Below, one piece after another: positions 11,712 to 24,800 of a stretch of DNA of 64,000 nt; position 1 is the stretch's first letter; each line of letters starts with the position of its first letter. The stretch spans positions 1 to 64,000 of the forward strand of contig NIVC01000866.1 of NCBI GenBank assembly GCA_002269645.1, read 5' to 3'. The position numbers were made by a program, and so were the translations under genes. Source of the DNA: Macrostomum lignano. Lineage: Eukaryota. The notes beneath the pieces were generated by a model. The model did no database searches. It was not told the DNA's origin and saw nothing but the letters and a program-made list of their open reading frames with translations.

Positions 11712-14700
11712 TCAGTCCGACAGAGAGTCGGAATCATCGCTGGACGGACTGTCCTCGGACTCTTCGGACACCGAGGCCTTGCGCTTGCGACGGGCGCCAG
11801 CGCCAGATCTGGCAGCTGGGCGGCGCTTCCGCTGCTTCGGCATCTTGATGCGGGGCCCCTGTGGGATGGGCGGAGGGACTGAACTGTAGGGGCTGCGAGG
11901 GGAGACAGGGATCTGGGAGGCTGGCCTAGCAGCTAAGGATCTGGGAGGCTGGCCCAGCAAATGAGAATCTGGGAGGCTGGCACAGCAACTGAGGATCTGG
12001 GAGGCTGGTGGGCCCAGCAACTGAGAATCTGGGAGGCTGGCCTAGCAACTGAGGATCTGGAAGGCTGGCCCAGCAAATGAGAATCTGGGAGGCTGGCCTA
12101 GCAACTGAGGATCTGGGAGGCTGGCCTAGCAACTAAGGATCTGGGAGCCTGGTGGGCCCAGCAACTGAGAATCTGGGAGGCTGGCCTAGCAACTAAGGAT
12201 CTGGGAGGCTGGCCCAGCAAATGAGAATCTGGGAGGCTGGCACAGCAACTGAGGATCTGGGAGGCTGGCCCAGCAACTGAGGATCTGGGAGGCTGGACCA
12301 GCAACTGACACTCTGGGAGGCTGGCCCAGCAACTGAGGATCTGGGAGGCTGGCCCAGCAACTGAGGATCTGGGAGGCTGGCCCAGCAACTGAGGATCTGG
12401 GAGGCTGGACCAGCAACTGACACTCTGGGAGGCTGGACCAGCAACTGACACTCTGGGAGGCTGGCCCAGCAACTGAGGATCTGGGAGGCTGGCCCAGCAA
12501 CTGAGGATCTGGGAGGCTGGCCCAGCAACTGAGGATCTGGGAGGCTGGCCCAGCAACTGAGGATCTGGGAGGCTGGCCCAGCAACTGAGGATCTGGGAGG
12601 CTGGACCAGCAACTGAGGATCTGGGAGGCTGGACCAGCAACTGACACTCTGGGAGGCTGGCCCAGCAACTGAGGATCTGGGAGGCTGGCCCAGCAACTGA
12701 GGATCTGGGAGGCTGGCCCAGCAACTGAGGATCTGGGAGGCTGGCCCAGAAACTGAGGATCTGGGAGGCTGGCCCAGCAACTGAGGATCTGAGAAGTTGG
12801 CCCAGCCCAAGTATGTCCCACACCGTACCGTGACTCACCTGGCTGCTGGCATCGCTGTTCGCTCCGTCATCGTCGGCAGGCACCGGCACCACCGCCTCAT
12901 CCGCAGCCTCTGCTTGAAGGCCTGCCGGACCCGTCATTCCGCCGTCTGGAAATTAAATTATGGCGATGCGGTTGGGTGGCTGCTGCACGCACGGCAAACA
13001 GAGAGACAGTCATTCACTCTCTGGGAGTGACTGGATGAGAGTGAATGCTATAGTAAGAATATAATCATTACGCAGGGAGAGCCATTCCTAAGACTCTAAA
13101 GAGTGACATTGCCTACGAGTTACTTAGTAAGAGTGACGGTTGTCTAGAGTGACCAAGAGTGACAATCCTACAGAATGAGCAACAAAGAGTGAAAATCCTA
13201 CAGAATGAGCAACAAAGAGTGACAATCCTACAGAATGAGCAATTAGGAGTGACAATCCTACAAAATAAGCAACAAAGAGTGACAATCCTACAGAATGAGC
13301 AATTAGGAGTGACAATCCTACAGAATGAGCAACAAAGAGTGACAATCCTACAGAATGAGTAACAAAGAGTGACAATCCTACAGAATGAGTAACAAAGAGT
13401 GACAATCCTACAGAATGAGTAACAAAGAGTGACAATCCTACAGAATGAGCAACAAAGAGTGACAATCCTACAGAATGAGCAATTAGGAGTGACAAAGGCA
13501 GGACTATCAATCTACACAGTGACAATTGAGCCCCAAACTGACCAATTCTGGTGAGCTGCACTTTCAGATCCAAGCCCCGCTGCACAGCCGGGTGGTAGGG
13601 CAGCTGCTTGGCAGACACGGTGTCTCCGCTGAGCAGCCCAGCTGATGAGGTGCCGGCAGCAGCTCTACCGCCACCACCGCCGCCGCCCTCCTCATCTCCA
13701 CTGGCCCCGCCAGCATCATTGGGATCAATGGTGAGCATGAGATCCTCAAAGTCGAGAATGTCGGCGGCCAATTTCACGGTGGTTGGCCTGACCGACTCGG
13801 AGGCCAGGTAGTCAAGGCAGCGCTGCGGCCGGAAGCCGGGGATCGACCGGCGATTGAGCGGCTTCTCCCAGGTCTTGGCCGAGTCGGAGGGCGAGTAGTT
13901 TTGCACCTTGGAGTCGCTAATTCCGTACAGCTCCTTGAGGTACTGCTTCAGCGACAGGAGCAGCGCAATGCCTCGGCTGTGGAGCAGGTAGTCCTCAACT
14001 GGAGCCGTGTGCGCCGGAATCCTGGTGGCCAGCATCTCCGGCGTGCAGCCGTCAGGCAGTTCCGTTCCAGGTGCGAAGCCCAAGTAGTCCTTGATGCTAG
14101 TTAACAGGGTGGAGCCGGCCACGGACACCAGCAGGTCCAGGTGGTGGATCAGGAACAGCGGCTCCTCGGCCACTTGGTAGGGAAAAGAGGCCAGGTTGTC
14201 CGCCACGTACAGCAGCTCGGCGAGGGGGGCGCGCTGGGGGATGGAGGGGATATGTAGGCTGCGTAGCATGGACACAAATACTCGCAGGTGGACAGGCCGT
14301 GGACACATTCACAAGAAAGACACATTAGCAAACACAGATGAACACATTGGCAGACAGAGATGGACACATTAGCAGACAAAGATGGACACATTGGCAGACA
14401 GAGATGGACACATTAGCAGACAAAGATGGACACCATGGCAGACAGAGATGGACACAATGGCAGAGAGATGGACACAATGGCCGACATAGATGGACACATT
14501 GGCAGACACAGATGGACACATTGGCAGACACAGATGCACACAATGGCAGACACAGATGGACACAATGGCAGACACAGATGGACACATTGGCAGACACAGA
14601 TGGACACATTGGCAGAAACAGATGGACACAATAGCAGACACAGATGGACACATTGGCAGACACAGATGGACACATTGGCAGACACAGATGCACACAATGG

Positions 14701-15545
14701 CAGACACAGATGGACACATTGGCAGACACAGATGGACACATTGGCAGACACAGATGCACACAATGGCAGACACAGATGGACACAATGGCAGACACAGATG
14801 GACACATTGGCAGAAACAGATGGACACAATAGCAGACACAGATGGACACATTGGCAGACACAGATGGACACATTGGCAGACACAGATGCACACAATGGCA
14901 GACACAGATGGACACATTGGCAGACACAGATGGACACATTGGCAGACACAGATGGCCACATTGGCAGACACAAATACACATTGGCAAACAAGAATAAACA
15001 CACGGAAAAGCAGACAGACAAATTTCCCAAAAGCAGATAAAAAGCGAGAGCTGGATTGAATTCCAGTAACCATGGCAACCAATTACTCCATTCTGTTTTC
15101 ACTCAATTATTTTCTCCTTTTAGTTAAAAGCTAAAATGCAATTTTAAATCAGGAAGCTTTATGCTGAATTTCTGACGCAATCAGGCGAAGGCATCAGTGG
15201 GTGCTGAACAGCAGGACAAAGCAGCGCATTGTTGCTAGGATGCGAGCAGGAATATCGCCAGATTTTCATTCTATACGCAGGATAAGCCTGTCTTTGTGCT
15301 TGAGTGTCAGCCGTATCGAGGCAGAACAGACGCCTGAATATTAGCAAGCAGCTGCACAAGGCTGTCGCCATGGTAAACAGTTTTTTTTTTAATTTAGTCA
15401 CACGCGCAGACATTTCCTTACAGCATTTTTGCTGAAATATCGTTACAGACAGACAAAAGGACACATAGACAGATTAGACGGACAGACAGACACTAAGACA
15501 GACAGACAGACAGACAGACAGTCAGACAGACAGGCAGGCAGATAA

Positions 15546-15586
<41 letters not shown>

Positions 15587-15629
15587 AACAGACAGACAGA
15601 CAGTCAGACACACAGACAGGCAGGCAGGC

Positions 15630-15666
<37 letters not shown>

Positions 15667-15717
15667 GGCAGACAGACAGACAGACAGACACTAAGACAGA
15701 CAGACCGACAGACACTA

Positions 15718-15748
<31 letters not shown>

Positions 15749-15781
15749 GAGGCAGGCAGACAGACAGACCGACAGACACTA

Positions 15782-15812
<31 letters not shown>

Positions 15813-18800
15813 GAGGCAGGCAGACAGACAGACAGACAGACACTAAGACAGACAGACAGCCAAAAACAGTGACCTTAAACCCACCTGGCTGGGGTTCTCA
15901 TCGAACAGGTTGAGCATGCTGGTGAGCAGGACCCGGCGGTTCATGCGGTTGGTGCGCAGCATGGAGTACAGGTGGTGGTTCATGGCCACGGGCGGGTCGG
16001 CGTCTGGATCGCGGATTCCGCGCACCACGCGGCCGGGCCGAAGCACCCGCTGCAGCTGGAAGCTCTGGCGCACCCCGAACAGGGCCCGCATGTTGATGAA
16101 GCTGGGATAATGCTTCTCAATCTCCATCAGTTGGGCGTCGGCTTTGGATCGAATAGCGGGATCGGTGTCCGACTGCATGCTGATGAGGTGCGCCACCGTT
16201 TTCACCGGGTGGATCAGGCCCTGCCGCAGGATGGTCACCACCATGGTCAGCGCGGCCAGCCGGACTCCCGCGTCTTTGTAGTAGAAGGCGGCCAGCACCT
16301 GGGCGGGTTCAAAGGGGGTTTGCGGGCGATGCTTGATGTTGTTTTGAGGGCGATTTTTATGGGGTTTGAGGGCGATTTTTGTTAGGGTTTGAAGGCGATT
16401 TTTGATGGGGTTTGAAGGCGATTTTTATGGGGTTTGAATGCGTTTTTTATGGGGTTTGAGGGCGATTTTGATGGGTTTTGAGGGCGGTTTTTGATAGGGT
16501 TTGAGGGCGATTTTTGATAGGGTTTGAGGGCGATTTTCGATAGGGTTTGAGGGCGATTTTTGATGGGTTTTGAGGGCGATTTCTGATAGGGTTTGAGGCC
16601 GATTTTTGATAGGGTTTGAAGGCGATTTTTGATAGGGTTTGAGGGCGATTTTTGATGGGTTTTGAGGGCGATTTCTGATAGGGTTTGAGGGCGATTTTTG
16701 ATAGGGTTTGAAGGCGATTTTTGATAGGGTTTGAAGGCGATTTTTGATAGGGTTTGAGGGCGATTTTTGATAGGATTTGAAGGCGATTTTTAATAGGGTT
16801 TGAGGGCGATTTTTGATAGGGTTTGAAGGCGATTTTTGATAGGGTTTGAAGGCGATTTTTGATAGGGTTTGAGGGCGATTTTTGATAGGGTTTGAAGGCG
16901 ATTTTTGATAGGGTTTGAGGGCGATTTTTGATAGGGTTTGAAGGCGATTTTTGATAGGGTTTGAGGGCGATTTTTGATAGGGTTTGAAGGCGATTTCTAA
17001 TAGGGTTTGAGGGCGATTTTTGATAGGGTTTGAAGGCGATTTTCGATAGGGTTTGAGGGCGATTTTTGATGGGTTTTGAGGGCGATTTTTGATAGGGTTT
17101 GAGGGCGATTTTTGATAGGGTTTGAAGGCGATTTTTGATAGGGTTTGAGGGCGATTTTTTATAGGGTTTGAAGGCGATTTTTGATAGGGTTTGAAGGCGA
17201 TTTTTGATGGGGTCTTGGGGGCGATTTTCGATGGGGGTTTGGGATTTTTTATGCAGTTTTGAGTCAGTCGAGTCGACTTTTTATGGAGGGGAAATCCAGG
17301 TGATGTTTGCAGAGTTGTGAGGGGCCATTATCCCGAGGAGAAAGAGAGCAGACCCTACTCAACCGGGGACTCACGTGATCTAGATAAGCCTGAGCCACCA
17401 TGCTGGCCTTGCCGCTCTGCACATCGTGCATCTCCTTCAGCGACTCCTGCTGCACGTGCTCCTTCCAGGTGGAGTCGGACTGCACCATGCTGGCTTCCTC
17501 CTCAAGCAGGAAGCTGGTGAGGTTCTTCAGCACCAGGGTTTTGGTCTCGTCGGACACCATGGGACCGGCGATAAGCTCGCAGTAGTAGGTCTTCAGCGGG
17601 TCCTGAAGCAGCAGGTGCGAGTGCCTGGCGCACATGAAGCCAAGGCCCATCAGGGACTTCTTCACCACATCCGGGTCGGCGCACTGGGAGCAGAAGAACA
17701 TGAACGAGCTGAACACGCGCTGCATGATAGCTCCAGTCTCGTAGGTGGTGATGCTCTCCAAGTCGAAGTACTTCAACAGCAGCCCGACGGTGTACAGGCC
17801 GCGCAGGATTGACGGCTTCTGCCGAGGATCGATGAGCTCGGCCCCGGTGGCCATGTTCTCCTGCTGCTGCCGGTCGATGGGCGTGTAGAACAGGTTGAAG
17901 CACGACCGGATCAGCGAGTAGTTGTGCGTGACCCGGTTCACCACTGCGCTCAGACAGGCGATCGCGCTGTCCAGCACCATCATGCCCTTGCGCATGGTTA
18001 GCTGCACCATCTCCTGCTCGATCGAGCGCAGCTCCTCCTCATCTGGGTGCTCCATCAGCGGCACGGTGAGCTCCAGAATCTTCGCAACATAATGCAGCAC
18101 ATAGTTATCCTGCTGGCTGCTGATTTTGATTTTCAAATACGATTGCAGAGTGCTGGCGTGGTCCACCATGAGATTCGGCCGGATCTTGGTCAGCATGTAC
18201 AGGGTGCACAGGCAGGCCACCAGGCGCTGGTTGTTGTTGCTGGAGATCTCCTCCAGGCGCATGATGTTGGCTACCAGCGTGTCCACTATCTGGCGGCAGG
18301 CCTTCTCAACCGGCCGGAGTTTCTCTTCCTTCTCCTCTTTGAGCAGGCTGCGCAGAAGGCCCTCGAACCAGTCGTATCCCTGAATTATTGGTGAGCAAGT
18401 TTATTGCTGATGAAAATGGCTGATTATCGACTCAGCGGTATTAGTTTTGGAGCTTTGTTCTAGCTAACCTCTCACCCTTCAATCTAGCCTCTAACTCTTC
18501 AATCTAGCCTCTCACCCTTTATTCTAGCCTCTCACCCTTCAATCTACCCTCTCACCCTTCAATCTACCCTCTCACCCTTCAATCTAGCCTCTCACCCTTC
18601 AATTTACCCTCTCAACCTTCAATCTACCCTCTCACCCTTCAACTTACCCTCTCACCCTTCAATCTACCCTCTCACCCTTCAATTTACCCTCTCACCCTTC
18701 AATCTACCCTCTCACCCTTCAATTTACTCTCTCACCCTTCAATCTACCCTCTCACCCTTCAATTTACCCTCTCACCCTTCAATCTACCCTCTCACCCTTC

Positions 18801-21800
18801 AATTTACTCTCTCAACCTTCAATCTACCCTCTCACCCTTCAATTTACCCTCTCAACCTTCAATCTACCCTCTCACCCTTCAATCTAGCCTCTCACCCTTC
18901 AACAATCTAGTCGCTCACCCTTCAATCTACCTTTCAATGTATTCTCTCACCCTTCAATAAACCCTCCCACCCTCAAATCTACCCTCCTGCCCAAAACCCG
19001 GTCTCCGCAAGCCTCACTTGGTCCTTGCAAGCGGCCACCACGTCCGTGATGTTCATAACCTTCTGCAGCAGCTTGACATTGTGCGACTCCTTTACAGGCG
19101 AGAACCACATGGCCTGGAAGACCTCATTAACCAGCTTCCGAATGCCCTCTTCATCGTTGACACGTCGAATCATTTTGACGCACATCTCCGGAATTTTATT
19201 GAAATCCGGCTGCTCAACGCAGATGTCGCGAAATATTTTAATCACCGCTTGCGCACGCTGATGCCGGTGTCCAGAATCCGCTCAGACAGCATCCCGTAGT
19301 ACTGAGCAGTCAACTGCGGCCTCACAATGATGAACTTGCCAATCAGCTCAATACAGGCCTCCCTAACAGAGGTGGAGTTGTCCAACAGTCTACCGTGAAC
19401 TGTCCGCTCGATGTCTGCCCGCTCCAGCACCGACGGGTCCACCTCGACAACGGCTGTCAGGCACTTGATGGCCTTAGTGCGCACGGCAACTGACTGCTCA
19501 TTAAGCACCTTCAGTATCTGCGACAGGTAGATGTCGAAGCTCTGCGAGAATGGCCGCATAGAAGCCAGGTAGCGGCACACCAGGCAGGCCTCCTCATAGT
19601 CCAGCATGTAGGCATCGCTCCTGCCGGTGCTCATCAGCCGCCTCTTGGAGGCCAGCTGCTGACTGTCAGCGGCGCCGAACTCGCAGCTTCGAACCAGCAG
19701 AGCGGTGCGTCGGGACTCCAGCACATCCAGCGACTCGTGCGCCACCGCCGATTCATCGTTATTGGCAGCGTCGCGTTGCTGCTGCAGAGTTCGCTCGACC
19801 TCCTTGGCGCAGTCTTTGTACCACTGGGCCAGGTAGAAGCGGACAGCGTAGTGCACCGAGGCGTCCACATCTTCAGCGTTGAGGTAGTCGACGATGGCTT
19901 TCTGCAGGATGACGATTCGCTCCTCCTTGGTGATTGGGGCTTCGTCGGGTGCGGCGGTCGCGGAACTGGCGCCAGCGCCGGAGGCCTCGAGGCCGCGCGA
20001 GTGACCGCGGATCTCCGCCACCAGACTGTCCAGATCCTGCTCGCTCATCTCGCTGGTCACGGCGTCCTTGCGCAGTCGGGATGCCACGGTGCCCAGGTAG
20101 TCCAGCGAGGCCACACGGAGCGCCTGGTCAACGCTGCGATCGGCGAACTGCTTCACTAGCAGGCCGCCAAGCAAGCTGAGGAACATCTCGGCAGCCGGCC
20201 ATTCCGGCTTGTTCACCGCTAGCAGCAGGTCCTCTACGAACTTCTCGAATATGCCCCGGTAGTCCTGCTCCTCCGCCTTCTTGGCGCACTTGTTCAGGAA
20301 TACGACGAGGAATACCTGGGAATGGGGAATTTGTAATGAAGGAAGATTTAGTAATGAGGATCTGTAATTTTCTGTAATTACCAAGCTACAGACACTTAAT
20401 TGGCTGTAATTACCAAGCTACAGACAATTAATTGGCTGTAATTATCAAGCTACAGACACTTACTTGGCTGTAATTATCAAGCTACAGACACTTAATTAGC
20501 TGTACTCAGACAGACAAATCCAGAAGTAACTTCCAGATAAAATCTGGCATTATCTAAAAGAATCAGAGCCGCACACAGCTCACCTGAGCAGTTTTCCTAG
20601 CAGATTCGTACGCATCCAGCAGGGCCATTGCCGCAGTGTTGTCTTGATCCTTACTTGACGGCACACTGGCTGGCAGCAGGACTACAGACTGCACCAGCAG
20701 CAGGGACAGCGCCGTGAGCATCTGGATGCTCTCCTCAGAGTTGAGTCGAAAGCTTCTCAAGCTTCTCTTACTGCTAGGCAGGCGAGCCAAGGAGGCGAAC
20801 AGGTCCTCCAGAATCAGCTGCCGGTGCTTTTCGTACTGGCAGAAGACGCTGGTGCAGAGCCGCAGGGCGCTGAGCTGCAGATTCTCAACGTTCTCAACAA
20901 AGAACGGAGCCACCGCCAGGCCAGACATGGCCAAGATGGCATTGTCAGTGAGTCTCTGCAGGTCCACCAGCTGGGCGAAGCTGTCCACCAGCTCCACCAG
21001 GCGGTTCAACAGGTGAGTCAGGGCCCGGGGCCGGCCGCCGCCGCTGCCGGCAGCCAGGGCACCGTGGCCGCGCTCCTTGGCCCGCTGGCTGCGGATGCTC
21101 TGCTGAGTGGCCTTGTGCTGGCTGGTCTTGCGGTAGGCGGGGTCGGCCTCCGGGTACACGGTGCTGTTCAGCTGGAACTTGGCCACCGCCACGGCTCGCT
21201 CGATCACGTCTTCAACAAAGACCTGCTTGGGCATGCCTGGTGACGTCATGATGATCAGGGCGGTGAGGGAGGACTCAACTGAGCGCATCACCCGCTCCAT
21301 GCACAGCTCGCGCCAAAGGCGGCCCTCTGTGTCTTCGGCGTCTTCAGCCTGTAGTTACAGTACAGGTGGGTTGCCGTTTAAAATAGCTGAATATACAGGG
21401 CGAAACAGATAAAAACAAATAAAAGATACAAAGACACAAAGGCACAAGATACAAAGACACACAGACACCAGATACAAAGACACACAGACACCAGATACAA
21501 AGACACAAAGGCACAAGATACAAAGACACACAGACACCAGATACAAAGACACAGACACCAGATACAAAGACACACAGACACCAGATACAAAGACACACAG
21601 ACACCAGATACAAAGACACACAGACACCAGATACAAAGATACACAGACACCAGATACAAAGACACACAGACACCAGATACAAAGACACACAGACACCAGA
21701 TACAAAGACACAGACACCAGATACAAAGACACAGACACCAGATACAAAGATACACAGACACCAGATACAAAGACACACAGACACCAGATACAAAGACACA

Positions 21801-24800
21801 CAGACACCAGATACAAAGATACACAGACACCAGATACAAAGACACACAGACACCAGATACAAAGACACACAGACACCAGATACAAAGACACAGACACCAG
21901 ATACAAAGACACAGACACCAGATACAAAGATACACAGACACCAGATACAAAGACACACAGACACCAGATACAAAGACACACAGACACCAGATACAAAGAC
22001 ACACAGACACCAGATACAAAGACACACAGACACCAGATACAAAGACACACAGACACCAGATACAAAGACAAAGGCAAAGAGAAAGTGACAGAAGCAACAA
22101 AGAGCCAAACAGACGCCACAAAGACTCACAGGCTTGGCGAAGGGCACGAGCTTGGCCCCATCCTTGATATTAGCCAAGAGCAGGCTGAGCAATCGGACCA
22201 GACGATCAACCGGCATCTCCTTCATGGCTCCCACAGCTTTCATCTGGTTGGCCTTGGCGCACAGGTCAGACAGCAGTCTGGACGGAATCTTCAACTCGGC
22301 TGGCAGTTCGTCAGAGTCGTCCAGCACTTTGATATCGACATCTTCCACCGCGTCTAGAGCTTGATCAACCAACTCTTTGAAGTGGACGAAGGTCTCGGAG
22401 GCGACGAGTTCCTCGGTGGACAGGACGCCCAGGTTGACGCCCAGGCCGCACTTGACTCGCTCACGGGGCCGGTCGCTGTTGCCCTTGGCGATCGGCGGGT
22501 AGCGACTTTCCGAGCTGCCCTTCAGCCGAACTGCATGGATTGTGAAAATGAAAACAAATTAATTTTTTTTCAGATTAAATAGACAACAAGTGACTCTGGA
22601 CCGACTCTAAAACGCCAAAGAGTCGATTTTATACGTTTTTATTGTCTGCGGCTCTGGGGCCGTAGAGCTGTACCAGTCTACTTGTTTGTATTTGCTTGCA
22701 CTAGACTCTTTATAAATTCTTGTCACTGGTAACTTTTTTCAACTGAAAAAACATAAAATACTTGCATACTACTACTTACAGAAAGTAGCATAAGATTTGC
22801 TAATTTTAATTTTAAAAGAAACGAAAAATGGGTTTAAAAACTGTGAAAATAAAAACGCGTTAAAAATGCTTTTGCGTCTACTTACAACCAGTAGTATGTA
22901 GCGATTCTAAAATTGTAAAATAAAAGTTGCAACGAAAAATGTGCACAAAATCGCGCTTAAAAAATAAACATAATTTTTTTTAAAATGTCAGTTGAAACAG
23001 AACTGAAGACTATTGAACAGAAGAGATCACCAAACAGAACGCATGCAGGTTTACTAGAACAGATTATACTACTACCATGGAGACGATCCGACAGTACTAT
23101 CTGACGAATGCAAGGCTGAGCAGATGCGGCAATCAAGTTACTGCTAGCCGAATCTAATGCCAATTCCACTGAGTCGCAGCTCAGCAGGCTGGGCCGAGAT
23201 TTCTTCTTCATCACTAGCGACTCCTCCTGCCGAGGCTGCACTGATCGTTTCTGTTGTCGCTTCATCATTAAGAGCCGACTGATTTGGATTCTAGCAAGCA
23301 AAAAGCTGACTGAAGTATTTATTGATTTTAAAAAATAGATCAAATTGGATCCAACAACCGTTACCGTATGTAGGGGAGGCTGCAGCGCAGTTTAGTGCTA
23401 AAAGTGCTACATAATAGTGCATAGATATTAAATGACTACAGAACTACAGATTGCAATATATAATATAATATAGTGGCATATTGATATGCAAAAGACACGC
23501 AAGACAACAATCGTTAAAAAATAAAACCTGAATTCTAGAATATGTATTTCAAGAGATCTGTGATACAGTCAACCATATACTGAGTGCATGCAATGAGAAG
23601 TGCAGAGAAGAGGTGGCTAAGAAACATGACAACAAATCTAATAAAATAAAACTGACATCAGATTGGCGCCAAAACTGACATCAGAATGACGCTGAAACTG
23701 ACACTAGATCGGCGCTAAAACTGACATCAGAATGACGCTGAAACTGACACTAGATCGGCGCTAAAACTGACATCAGAATGGCGCCAAAACAGACATCAGA
23801 ATGGCGCCAAAACTGACATCAGAATGGCGCCAAAACTGACATCAGAATGGCGCCAAAACTGACATCAGAATGGCACCAAAACTGACATCAGAATGGCGCC
23901 AAAACTGACATCAGAATGGCGCCAAAACTGACATCAGAATGGCACCAAAACTGACATCAGAATGGCGCCAAAACTGACATCAGAATGGCGCCAAAACTGA
24001 CATCAGAATGGCACCAAAACTGACATCAGAATGGCGCCAAAACAGACATCAGAATGGCACCAAAACAGACATCAGAATGGCGCCAAAACTGACATCAGAA
24101 TGGCGCCAAAACTGACATCAGAATGACGCTGAAACTGACACTAGATCGGCGCTAAAACTGAAATCAGAATGGCGCCAAAACTGACATCAGAATGGCGCCG
24201 AAACTTACACCAGATTTGCGCCAAAACTGACATCAGATCGGCGCCAAAACTAACATTAGATCGGCGCCAAAACTGACATCAGATCGGCGCCGAAACTGAC
24301 ATTAAAATGGCACCAAAACTAACATCAGAATGGCGCCAAAACTGACATCAGATCGGCGCCAAAACTGACATCAGATAGGCGCCAAATTTGACATCAAAAT
24401 AACGGCAAATCTGACACAAGAAAGTCGTCAAAACACTTGCACAGTCCATCGACCATCTACCTTTAAAATCCTCGTCGGAGTCGCGCCGCTGCCGTTTCGA
24501 CGCTCCGCCGCCTTCTCCATCGTCCTCGTCGTCACTCTCCAGATAGTCCGGCATGTTCTGCATGTTGCCGCGCTGTTGCTGAGCGGCGAGCCGGCGCGAG
24601 TTTTTGAACCGGCCAGCCAGAGACCGGTTGTGCTGCTCCAGCCGCGAGTCCCACGACTCGTCGGCGTCCATGGAGTCGCCGCCGTCTGCCGCAGTCGAGG
24701 CGCCGCCAGTTTTGTCACGCACGCGCCAGTCCATGAGGTTGCGCACCTCGCTGCTGACAGGGTCGCCACCGGCGCCGCCGCCGCGCGACCTTCCGCCACC

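Noticed and set aside
11883-11895. Stronger-looking acceptors CCCTACAG and CCTCGCAG for the last NIPBL exon
   Set aside because: They put the exon out of frame with the basic/acidic C-terminus. The acceptor at 11913 is in frame.
902-22372. Long low-complexity ORFs (PDPQLLGQPP, CVHLCLPMC, LYLVSVCLCIWC, PTLPYLPLY, KGRGEERE etc.)
   Set aside because: These are translations of intronic minisatellites, open in several frames on both strands.
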